A program made the translations under genes and the position numbers. From Candidatus Poribacteria bacterium (lineage in GTDB: Bacteria; Poribacteria; WGA-4E; GCA-2687025), in NCBI GenBank assembly GCA_963665845.2, contig OY762492.1:3392001-3456000 (forward strand): 64,000 nucleotides of DNA. The letters run 5' to 3'. Shown here in pieces: positions 18,770 through 27,570 of the stretch (position 1 is the stretch's first letter; the number at the start of each line of letters is the position of its first letter). The notes under the pieces were generated by a model. It was given only the letters and a program-made list of their open reading frames with translations, was not told the origin of the DNA and did not search any database.

Positions 18770-19708
18770 TTAAAAGAGAAGGTCCCGTTTTGGAACGGCG
18801 CCGTTCTCTGACGGAGCGGAGGCTGACATTTCGGCAACGCCCGCCGCTTCGTTCGATGTATCCGACTCTTCCGACTCTTTATGAGACGCGGGCGTTTCGG
18901 GAGCCGTTTCTTTCGGTTTAGAAACGCCGCCTGTTTCCTCCTGCGCGCGCAGTATCTGGCGCGTCTTCGCCGCCAGCTCCTTAAACAGACCGGCGTCCCT
19001 TGACGCCGCCGCCAGCTCCGCCGCGAGCTGCGCCCAGTGATCCTCGCGCATGTCGTTGCGCGATTCCACATGAAAACGGCGCCGCACATAGTTCCAAAAA
19101 TCGTCCTGCGACACGCCTTCGTTTTCAAAACGGCTGCGCAGCTTTTGCGCCGCCGCAAACGCCGCCTTCTGATGATTCGTGATCTTGTCGTTCAACGGTT
19201 TCTTCGGCGCCGTCTGAACCGGACGGCTCCCCCGCCCCTTCGCCTGACGGTAAAAATCGATCACCTCCAGAATGACCGGCGTCGGCAGCAGCTGCTTGAC
19301 CGCGTTGCGCTGCGCCTTGTGAACCGCCTTCGTGAACGCATACGGATCGTCGCGCCCGCCCTGTTTTTTCGGCTGTTCGCAGGCGCCGTAGCGGGAGTTG
19401 CCCGTCAGCGTGTCGGTCGCCTTCACTACGGCGATCCAGGAGTTCTCCCGATCCTCGTACTCCGCCTCTTCGACCTGGATGCCGCCGCGCCGGTTCGCCG
19501 CCTCGTTGATGCCCGCCAGCGTCAGCGCCTCCACCGTCCTGCCGCTCTGTCGAAACGAGTACACATAGGCGTCGATCGCCTGCCCCGTCATCATCTGGAC
19601 AATCTCCTGATCGTCCCGCTGATCAATCTGATCAGGGCTTTCGATGACGACGACCGCGTCTGCTGTTTCGTTGCCGCGCGTTTTGTCGTTCCGTTCCTCT
19701 ATGCTCAT
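18770..19708 (-). CDS. Hypothetical protein, possibly single-strand-annealing (Rad52/Sak-like) type
   Basis: A beta-strand-rich segment followed by YAFTKAVHKAQRNAVKQLL, then a small helical domain and a disordered tail ending DLLF. The family assignment is inference. Confidence 0.5.
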   Translation of the reverse strand: MSIEERNDKTRGNETADAVVVIESPDQIDQRDDQEIVQMMTGQAIDAYVYSFRQSGRTVEALTLAGINEAANRRGGIQVEEAEYEDRENSWIAVVKATDTLTGNSRYGACEQPKKQGGRDDPYAFTKAVHKAQRNAVKQLLPTPVILEVIDFYRQAKGRGSRPVQTAPKKPLNDKITNHQKAAFAAAQKLRSRFENEGVSQDDFWNYVRRRFHVESRNDMREDHWAQLAAELAAASRDAGLFKELAAKTRQILRAQEETGGVSKPKETAPETPASHKESEESDTSNEAAGVAEMSASAPSENGAVPKRDLLF

Positions 19709-19777
19709 CGGCTTTCTCCCGCGTTTGTCTGATTGTTCATGGGGCGCCTGCCGTTTTTGTCAAGGGTCAATGCTGTT

Positions 19778-20656
19778 TTATTGCAAATTAATCAAAAACG
19801 AAGCCGCCGCTGCCGCCCAAAAGACAACGCCGGCGACAATCAGATCGTAAGCGAGCCAGAACGGAGCGCCTCCCGGAGCGTCCATCCCGCCGACCTCCTC
19901 CCAAAACCGCAGCAGCAGTTTGGAACGGACAAGCCGCCGGTATCCGATCCGCCGCGCCGCAAGCCATGGAACGATCATCGCCAACGCCAAGAGAAGGACA
20001 GCGACGAAGATCAGCTTATCCTCCATTGGCCGCTCATCCGCCAACTCTGTTGTTAAAACGAGGATCAGAAAGGCAAAGACAACGCATCCGACAAGCGCTG
20101 TCAACAGCGCCGCCCAGTAACGCCAGCTTTTTCGGTTCGGCGTCGAAATGTCCGCATGCGGCTCGGCGATGCGCAGCTTCGCTATTCCGACGCTCATCAG
20201 AAAAAGCGCGCCGTACGCCCAGGCGTCCCAGCGCCAGATGAAAACGTTGTCCGAGGCTCTAAGCGGGCTGATATATGCCGTTTCAAGATAAGCAATCAGC
20301 GCCGCAGGAAAGCAAGCGGCGCCGAAAGCCGCCAGTATGCGTCCAAACCAGAAGGAGGCGCCTTGGCGCGGGGTTTCGGGCATGTTCCCGCCGTTTTCAG
20401 ACGGCTGCGCAAACGCGGCGAGCGCCTCGCCCAGCTCCGCCGCTTTTAACCCGATGCGCAGCTTCGCCGCGCCGAGGCTCAACAGCAAGCCGCCCAAAAC
20501 AAGCCAGCCGATCCCGCCATACCGGACGCCGCCCAGCAGCAGATAGAGCAAGACAACGCCGACCGCCGCCAAAAGCATGAGCCAGCGCAGGCGGTCTAAA
20601 TGGCGGTAAGTTTCATACCGCTGCTTGTAGATTTCCAGATCGTTTTGATCCGCCAT
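19778..20656 (-). CDS. Multi-pass membrane hypothetical protein
   Basis: About 7-8 hydrophobic segments, with an internal repeat (LSLGAAKLRI / MSVGIAKLRI). Confidence 0.7.
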   Translation of the reverse strand: MADQNDLEIYKQRYETYRHLDRLRWLMLLAAVGVVLLYLLLGGVRYGGIGWLVLGGLLLSLGAAKLRIGLKAAELGEALAAFAQPSENGGNMPETPRQGASFWFGRILAAFGAACFPAALIAYLETAYISPLRASDNVFIWRWDAWAYGALFLMSVGIAKLRIAEPHADISTPNRKSWRYWAALLTALVGCVVFAFLILVLTTELADERPMEDKLIFVAVLLLALAMIVPWLAARRIGYRRLVRSKLLLRFWEEVGGMDAPGGAPFWLAYDLIVAGVVFWAAAAASFLINLQ

Positions 20657-20787
20657 CTATTCGCCCTCCGCTCCTTTGCCGCGTTTGATTAGCATACTTC
20701 AGGGCTGCGGGCGCGTCAAGAACCGCTCTCGTTTTTCAACGCCGCAGCCGCCATTTCATCTGCGGAGGCTGCCGCGGAAGAAGCGAT

Positions 20788-20816
20788 TTGATTTTTTCAA
20801 CGTCTTCAGGTATATT
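20788..20816 (+). promoter_or_regulatory. Sigma70-type promoter of the first Na/Pi symporter
   Basis: TTGATT-N17-TATATT. The equivalent position upstream of the second copy reads TCGATT-N17-TATGGT (22325-22353). Confidence 0.6.
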
Positions 20817-20824
20817 AATTACGG

Positions 20825-20902
20825 GGCGTATCATGCGCCTCAACTGAAGACGATGTCCGGGCGAAATCGACATGAGCCGACGCTCTGTGTACCGGTTTCG
20901 TT
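20825..20902 (+). ncRNA. Candidate structured 5' leader (copy 1)
   Basis: Two hairpins whose pairing is preserved in the paralogous leader at 22361-22438. Confidence 0.5.
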
Positions 20903-20914
20903 GAAAGGAATGGT

Positions 20915-22003
20915 GTGAAGAATTTACGCCCCATTGGCGGATTCGTTCTCGGTCTAGCGCTTTTCTTCCTGAGCATTGAGCTGATGGGAGACGCTTTTGA
21001 ACTTTTCAGCGAAGGCGCCGCAGACCATCTTCTCAAGAGCGCGAGCAATCCGTTTGTCGGACTGTTTATCGGGATACTTTCTACGGCGCTGGCGCAAAGC
21101 TCCGTTGCTGTCATTTCTGTAACGGTTGCCGCCGTCGGGAGAGGATCCATCCCCGCCGCTGTCGCCATTCCGATCGTTATGGGCGCCAACATCGGCACGA
21201 CCGTCACGAACACGCTCGTTTCGCTCGCGCATATCCGCAACCGGGAGGAGTTCAAGCGCGCCATCGGCGGAGCGACCGTCCATGACTTTTTCAATATCAT
21301 TGTCGTCGCGATCCTTTTCCCGCTGGAGCTGATAACCGGCTTCATGGATCACATCTCCCGTTACTTAGCCGAAGCGTTTCAAAACTTCGGCGGTCTCGAT
21401 ATTGCCAGCCCGCTCCAGCAGTACTTCACCGGCCCTGTCAGCAAGACTTTTATCGAGTATGCCGGCAGAGAAGGGTGGATCGTTCTGATCATCGCCGCCG
21501 CGTTCCTTTTTTCCGGGCTGTTCATCCTTGTTCGCTCGCTCAAGAGGCTGGCGCTGGATCAAGCGGACAACGTGATCGAGAGGTATATCTTCAAGGCAAG
21601 TTCCGGCAGCTTGCTCTTCGGCGTTGTCATCACGATCCTTGTTCAAAGCAGCTCCATCACCACCTCGCTTGCGGTTCCGTTTGTGGCGACGGGCGCGCTC
21701 TCGGTCGCGCAGATCTTTCCCTACGTCTGCGGCGCCAACATCGGCATCACCTTCACGGCGCTTTTAGCCGCTTTAGCCGTCGGGAGCACCGAGGCGCTGG
21801 CAGTCGCGCTTGTGAATTTCTTTTTCAACGTGATAGGCGTTCTCATTGTGTTTCCGATCAAGCAGCTGCGGAAGATTCCGATCTGGCTGGCGGAGCGGTT
21901 CGGCGAGCTCGCCAGCCGATACAGGCTGCTCGCCATCGCTTATATGGTGGTGCTGTTTTACGCTATTCCGCTCGCGGTCATCATGCTCAGTCGGCTGTTT
22001 TAA
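20915..22003 (+). CDS. Na+/phosphate symporter (NptA / SLC34 family), paralog 1
   Basis: Two QSS motifs, MGANIGTTVT, GATVHDFFN and GANIGIT. GTG start with AAAGGA RBS. Confidence 0.93.
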   Translation: MKNLRPIGGFVLGLALFFLSIELMGDAFELFSEGAADHLLKSASNPFVGLFIGILSTALAQSSVAVISVTVAAVGRGSIPAAVAIPIVMGANIGTTVTNTLVSLAHIRNREEFKRAIGGATVHDFFNIIVVAILFPLELITGFMDHISRYLAEAFQNFGGLDIASPLQQYFTGPVSKTFIEYAGREGWIVLIIAAAFLFSGLFILVRSLKRLALDQADNVIERYIFKASSGSLLFGVVITILVQSSSITTSLAVPFVATGALSVAQIFPYVCGANIGITFTALLAALAVGSTEALAVALVNFFFNVIGVLIVFPIKQLRKIPIWLAERFGELASRYRLLAIAYMVVLFYAIPLAVIMLSRLF

Positions 22004-22036
22004 AGCGGCGGGCGGTTGAGTTGGGCATGCCTGCGC

Positions 22037-22315
22037 GTCATTCCCGCCGTTGCGGTAAACGCGCGGGAATCCAGAGCCGCCGAAGACGACGTCCGCATTC
22101 GCCGAAACCGTCATTCTACCGGGCGTCATTCCCGCGCAAGCGGGAATCTTAAGGCTCCGCGCCCTTTAAACCCCCCTAGCCCCCCTTTTCAAGGGGGGAA
22201 TCCAGAGGCCCCGCCCCAATCCCGTCATTCCCGCGCAAGCGGGAATCCAGAGGCGGCGCAGACGACGTCCGCGTTCACAACCAGAATTGTCCCAACTTTA
22301 AGGATAAGCTCTGTC
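22037..22315. repeat. Composite palindromic repeat cluster between the two symporter genes
   Basis: Three GTCATTCCCGC..GCGGGAATC palindromes, a CCCCCTAGCCCCCCTTTTCAAGGGGG module and a GTCCCAACTTTAAG end. Confidence 0.85.
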
Positions 22316-22360
22316 AAAAAACATTCGATTCTTCCATCGCTTTCGGGTATGGTACTGATC

Positions 22361-22438
22361 GGCGTTTCAAACGCCTCAATTGAAAGCGAGATCCGGACGA
22401 AATCGACATGAACCGCCGTTTTGTGTACTGGTTTCGTT
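22361..22438 (+). ncRNA. Candidate structured 5' leader (copy 2)
   Basis: Colinear with 20825-20902 (offset 1536), with compensatory substitutions. Confidence 0.5.
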
Positions 22439-22450
22439 GAAAGGAATGGT

Positions 22451-23587
22451 GTGAAGACTTTACGCTCCATTGGCGGACTCGTTCTTGGGCTGGCGCTTTT
22501 CTTTATCAGCATTGAGCTGCTGGGCGACGCGTTCAAACTTTTCGGCAAAGAAAAAGCGAATGAGTTTTTGAGCGCCGCCAATAACCCGTTTATCGGCTTA
22601 TTTATCGGCATTCTTGCCACGACGCTCGCTCAAAGCTCCTCCACCATCACCTCCTCGACGGTCATTCTTGTCGGAACGGGAGCCATTCCCGCCGCTGTCG
22701 CCCATCCGATCGTCATGGGCGCCAACATCGGCACGACCGTCACGAACACGATCGTCTCGCTCGCCCATATCGGCGACCGGGAGGAGTTCAAGCGCGCTAT
22801 CGGCGGCGCGACCGTCCATGACTTTTTCAACATCATTGTCGTCGCGATCCTTTTCCCGCTGGAGATGTTGACAGGCTTCATGGACAAAATCTCCCATGTT
22901 TGCGCCGGCGCGTTTCAATCGTTCGGCGGGAGGGAGATGGGCAGTCCGCTCAAAGATTATTTCACCGGACCCGTCAGCGATTTCATGATCAACCGAGTGG
23001 ACGGATTTGCGCCTGCATCGATCAAAACATGGCTGGTTCTGATCATCGCCGGCGCGTTTCTCTTCTTTGGGCTGCGCATTCTGGTTCGCTCGCTCAAGGC
23101 GCTCGCCCTTGATCAGGCGGACAATGCGATCGAGAAATATATCTTCAAAGCGAGCTGGGCAAGCCTGATCTTCGGCGTCGGCGTCACCATTCTTGTTCAA
23201 AGCAGCTCCGTCACCACCTCGCTTGCGGTTCCGTTTGTGGCGACGGGCGCGCTCACCGTCGCGCAGATCTTCCCTTACATCTGCGGCGCCAACATCGGCA
23301 CCACCTGCACCGCGCTGCTGACCGCTTTCTATTTAGTCAGTACGGGCGCAGACCTGTCCGATCCTGAAAAGCTAGCCGTGCTGGTCGTCGCGCTGGGGCA
23401 TTTCTTTTTCAACCTGACCGGCGTTCTGATTGTGTTTCCGTTTCAGCGGCTGCGGAATATCCCTGTCTGGCTGGCGGAGCGGTTCGGCGAGATCGCCAGC
23501 CGATACAGGACGCTTGCCATCGTCTATACGCTGGCGCTGTTTTACGCCGCGCCGCTCGGCGTCATTTTGATTGCGGGTCTCTTTTAA
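22451..23587 (+). CDS. Na+/phosphate symporter (NptA / SLC34 family), paralog 2
   Basis: Two QSSS motifs and MGANIGTTVT. The GTG at 22451 is equivalent to the start of paralog 1. Confidence 0.93.
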   Translation: MKTLRSIGGLVLGLALFFISIELLGDAFKLFGKEKANEFLSAANNPFIGLFIGILATTLAQSSSTITSSTVILVGTGAIPAAVAHPIVMGANIGTTVTNTIVSLAHIGDREEFKRAIGGATVHDFFNIIVVAILFPLEMLTGFMDKISHVCAGAFQSFGGREMGSPLKDYFTGPVSDFMINRVDGFAPASIKTWLVLIIAGAFLFFGLRILVRSLKALALDQADNAIEKYIFKASWASLIFGVGVTILVQSSSVTTSLAVPFVATGALTVAQIFPYICGANIGTTCTALLTAFYLVSTGADLSDPEKLAVLVVALGHFFFNLTGVLIVFPFQRLRNIPVWLAERFGEIASRYRTLAIVYTLALFYAAPLGVILIAGLF

Positions 23588-23706
23588 AACTTAAAGAAAA
23601 TGACCAGCTCTTGCAGCAGTCGTCGTCAGAACGTCCCGTAGAGGCGCCGTCTGTCCGTTGCGCCGCCGCCTGCTTTGCGGTAAAATGATGCAAGCGAGGG
23701 GCATGT

Positions 23707-26700
23707 ATGGACGTCAAAGCGTTTCACGTCACCATTTCGCTGATGCTCGCGGCGGCTGCCTGGGTCGGGTGCTGGTTCATCGGCATAACGTATCTGTCGC
23801 GCGGATGGCGCGAGCGGGACAAGCGCGCCCGCGCTGTCGGGCTGCTCTGGTTCCTCATACCGACGCTGATCATGGCGGTTTGGACCTGGCCGCACATCGC
23901 CTATCTATGGACCGAGTATCAGTGGCGCGCCCATTTTTCCAACCCTGACGGCGACCTTGCCAGCTACGAAAAGGTGTTTGAGCGCATGCTTGCCATGCGG
24001 TGGCAGGTGTTCGGCATCTATTTCGGGGTCGGCTTTGCGTTTCTGTTTCTGAATCTGCTCATTGCCCGTTTCGTCTGCCGGCTGCGCGGCGACATCGAAC
24101 ACTGGGCGGTGACGCAATCGAGACTGATGCATCGGCTGCTGACAGCGGTATGTTTGGCGGCGTCCGGCTTGCTGGCGTTCATTGTCATGTGGCAGTGGGA
24201 GGCGTACTGGAACGCGGAAGCGTACGACAAGGAGGGGGTCGGCCGCGTTCAGGCGATTGTTCAACATCAACCCGCCCTTTTTGGGACGCCCGACCATCCC
24301 GCGACCGCCGCGCCATGGACAGACGCGTCGGCGCTGGAGACCTTCACCGAGGAGATGGAGGCGGCGCTGGAGGCGCGGTTCGCCGACAATCCGAACGTTC
24401 AGTTTCTCCGCATCGAAGGGGAGGAGAAGACGGGAGCGAAACAGGCTCCTGAACCGCCGCACTACTTCCTGCGCGGGTTTTTGTCGGTTGAGCCGGACGG
24501 CAAATCGTTTGGCAAATCGGTTTCTCTGGAGCTGACAGGCGGAACCGTCCTTAAGCGCGACGACACGATGCCTAGAAACTCTGAAGACAGCCACAAAAAG
24601 AGAGTTTCATTCGAAGCGGCGGCGACTGAAGACGAAGCGGCGATGACTGAAGAAGAGAGAAGAGCCGCCGACTTAGCCAGTTTGACCGAGCAGGCGGCGA
24701 AGTCGGATTATCTGAAGGACGGGTTCTGCGACCCGATTTTTCATAAAAATGTCGGCTATTACCTGTTCAGATTTCCGCGAACGCGCTATGAAAGCATGTG
24801 GATTCTGGCGGTTCTCTTCGCGGCGCTGGGGCTGATCGCATATCAGTACCGCTACTACTACCATCGAGACGCGAATTCGATGCCGCGCGCGTTGAGAGGC
24901 GTCGCGGCGCAGGGGACGCTGCTATGGATTGCGATACTGGGCGCGTCGGCTTGGAAGGCGGATGTGGACCGCCAGTCGATGCTGTATCTCGACCCGATGA
25001 TCAATTTGAACTTTTCCGATACGAAGTTGAGCGTCGACTACTTTTACATACTCCAGAACGTTCTGACGGAGTACTATATTGGGGCGTTGGCGGTTCTGGC
25101 GTTGGCGCTGCTGGTGAATGTGTTTTGGCAAAATCGGCGGCTGTGGTGGTGGGTCGCGGTTGGATGGGCGTCCTCGTATCTGCTGATCCTCTGGGCGTCT
25201 CCGACGGTTTACAACATTTTTTGGATTAAACCGAACCTGCGGAATTATGACCGTCCGTATCTTGAACGGCACATCGCCATGACGCGGCGCGGTTACAAGT
25301 TGGACGCGATTCAAAAAAACACGCTGATCCAGGAAACGTCCACCATGCAGGATGTTTTAGCGCGTCCTGAAGTCCTGAATAACGTGCAGCTTTGGAACCG
25401 CGTCACCGCCTGGAAATGGATCGAATCCGAGCATGTGTTCAATTTGCTGTCGCACACATTCCACAAGTATATGGACGTGGATCGGTACCATGTGGACGGC
25501 GAAATGCGGCAGCTGCTGCTTGGCGTTCGGGAGTTGGATCGGAAGTTCGTATCTGGGCGCGACTGGTGGACAAAGCGGCTGAAATATACGCATGGGTACG
25601 GGGTTGTCGCCTCTCCCGTCAATGAAACGGACAAGGATCAACCTAGAATTTGGACAGATAAAACGTTCGACATTCGCCGCCCTGAAGTGTATTTCGGCGA
25701 ACTGAACAACGACTATGTTTTTGTGGGAGCGTCAAGGGACGAAATCACCCTCAACATCACGCAATCAAATGAAGCGAAACCGTCGACGACACGGTACTCC
25801 GGACGCGGGGGCGTCGAGATCGGGCAGGGACTGGAGCGCTGGGCTTGGGCGACTCGGCTGTTGAGACCGATTCGCATCGGATTGTCCGGTGAGCTGGACG
25901 CCAACAGCCGCGTCTTGCTCCATCGGCATGTCAAAAGTAGAGCTGAGATACTGGCGCCGTTTCTCAAATTTGATAAAGACCCGTATATTGTGATCGGAGA
26001 AGAGTCCGGGAAATTATGGTGGGTGATCGACGTCTATACAACGACCGGAAGGTACCCGTATTCCGAAAAAAGACGCGCCTTGAACATTGAAGGGAAGCCG
26101 ATCCGCGATCTCGGCGGCGGCGTTTATTCGGAGCCGGATTTCAAGGGGTTCAATTACATACGCAACTCCGCCGTGGCTGTCGTGGATCCGTACAACGGCG
26201 ACGTCTTCTTTTACGTCACCGACTCGCACGATCCGCTCATCAAGATGTACCAGCATCATTTTGGCGCGCTGTTTCATCCGATAGAGAAGATGCCGAGAGA
26301 AATCAAAACGCACCTCCGTTACCCCGACTATCTGCTTTGGACGCAGGCGTATATGTACGGGCGGTACCATGTGGACGACGCGGAAACTTTCCGAGACGGC
26401 GCCCAGCAATGGGGCGTTCCGTTTGAATATATCTACAATCCGGATCGGAAGGTAGACGGAAAGTCGAAGCCTGATAACGAGAAGCAAGCGATGATGCCGT
26501 ATTATACGGTGTTGACGCTTCCAGGATCGGACAAGCCGGAATTTGTCAGCGTACTTCCGATGGCTCCTAAGAAGGAAGCGTCTCGCAATTTGCTTTCCGC
26601 ATGGCTTGTGGCGCGCTGCGACGGGGAAAATTACGGCGATGTCGTCTGTTATACGCTTCCCGTGTCGCCCGAAGAAAAATTGGACGGCCCCTTCGGCATT

Positions 26701-27570
26701 GAACATCGAATCGACACCGAAATGAGTAAGGTGTTCGAGCTTTGGGGCACTGATAAAGCGAAAGTTATTCGAGGCAGCCTGCTTCTGCTGCCAATACAGA
26801 CCAGGAGCGGCAATACGGCGCTGATCTATGTAGAGCCTGTTTATTCGCAGCCGTTGACCGAAAACGAAAGCGAAGGCGAACCGAAGAAAGGCAAACCGAC
26901 ATTAAAAGCGGTGTTTGTCAGCGCCGGCGGCGAGATCGCATACGACGACAGCTTTCAAAAGGCGCTTGACAAGTCGCTTCGGGCGGGGCTGAACGCCTCC
27001 ATCGCCGGCGTCGTTTCTGACGAGGAGGGAAATCCGATCAACGGCGTCGGGGTTCAGATCGCCGATAAAGAAAACGCGATCATGGACGCTGGGTTGTTCA
27101 CCAATCGGGACGGCGAATTTGAGTTTAATCAGCTGGAGGCGGGGGAAAATTACACACTCCATCTGGGCAAATCGGGTCTTGAGGCGAAAAGCGTACCGAT
27201 CACAACCCTGGTCGGCGAAGAAACGATCCAAAACGTGACGATGTCGCCGCCCGCGCCTGAAAAGCAGGAACGGACGCTCGCCGACATGATTCTCTCGGCG
27301 AAGCAGCAGCTAGACCTGTACAAAGACTCCAAAGCTGGCTTGACGACGCTTGAAAGCGATCTGAACCAGCTGATCCAGCGCGCCCGTTCAAAGAACGACC
27401 TTGTCCTTCAAGATCTGGCGATGTCGGCGAACGCGGCGCTTTCCAACTACAAACGAAGCAAACGAGAGGGGCTGACCGTCGACGCGGGGGAGCAGCGCGC
27501 GCAGCTCGAAGCGGACATACAGGCGATCTTCAAGCTAGCAACCGAAGCGGCGGCGAATGGCCAACCCTGA
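23707..27570 (+). CDS. UPF0182 (COG1615) family membrane protein with extra domains
   Basis: DVDRY, YTHGYG, PEVYFGE, APFLKFDKDPY, NYIRNS, HLRYP, PYY, VIRGSLL and YVEPVY. C-terminal carboxypeptidase-regulatory-like beta-sandwich (IAGVVSDEEGNPI..TNRDGEF). Confidence 0.9.
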   Translation: MDVKAFHVTISLMLAAAAWVGCWFIGITYLSRGWRERDKRARAVGLLWFLIPTLIMAVWTWPHIAYLWTEYQWRAHFSNPDGDLASYEKVFERMLAMRWQVFGIYFGVGFAFLFLNLLIARFVCRLRGDIEHWAVTQSRLMHRLLTAVCLAASGLLAFIVMWQWEAYWNAEAYDKEGVGRVQAIVQHQPALFGTPDHPATAAPWTDASALETFTEEMEAALEARFADNPNVQFLRIEGEEKTGAKQAPEPPHYFLRGFLSVEPDGKSFGKSVSLELTGGTVLKRDDTMPRNSEDSHKKRVSFEAAATEDEAAMTEEERRAADLASLTEQAAKSDYLKDGFCDPIFHKNVGYYLFRFPRTRYESMWILAVLFAALGLIAYQYRYYYHRDANSMPRALRGVAAQGTLLWIAILGASAWKADVDRQSMLYLDPMINLNFSDTKLSVDYFYILQNVLTEYYIGALAVLALALLVNVFWQNRRLWWWVAVGWASSYLLILWASPTVYNIFWIKPNLRNYDRPYLERHIAMTRRGYKLDAIQKNTLIQETSTMQDVLARPEVLNNVQLWNRVTAWKWIESEHVFNLLSHTFHKYMDVDRYHVDGEMRQLLLGVRELDRKFVSGRDWWTKRLKYTHGYGVVASPVNETDKDQPRIWTDKTFDIRRPEVYFGELNNDYVFVGASRDEITLNITQSNEAKPSTTRYSGRGGVEIGQGLERWAWATRLLRPIRIGLSGELDANSRVLLHRHVKSRAEILAPFLKFDKDPYIVIGEESGKLWWVIDVYTTTGRYPYSEKRRALNIEGKPIRDLGGGVYSEPDFKGFNYIRNSAVAVVDPYNGDVFFYVTDSHDPLIKMYQHHFGALFHPIEKMPREIKTHLRYPDYLLWTQAYMYGRYHVDDAETFRDGAQQWGVPFEYIYNPDRKVDGKSKPDNEKQAMMPYYTVLTLPGSDKPEFVSVLPMAPKKEASRNLLSAWLVARCDGENYGDVVCYTLPVSPEEKLDGPFGIEHRIDTEMSKVFELWGTDKAKVIRGSLLLLPIQTRSGNTALIYVEPVYSQPLTENESEGEPKKGKPTLKAVFVSAGGEIAYDDSFQKALDKSLRAGLNASIAGVVSDEEGNPINGVGVQIADKENAIMDAGLFTNRDGEFEFNQLEAGENYTLHLGKSGLEAKSVPITTLVGEETIQNVTMSPPAPEKQERTLADMILSAKQQLDLYKDSKAGLTTLESDLNQLIQRARSKNDLVLQDLAMSANAALSNYKRSKREGLTVDAGEQRAQLEADIQAIFKLATEAAANGQP

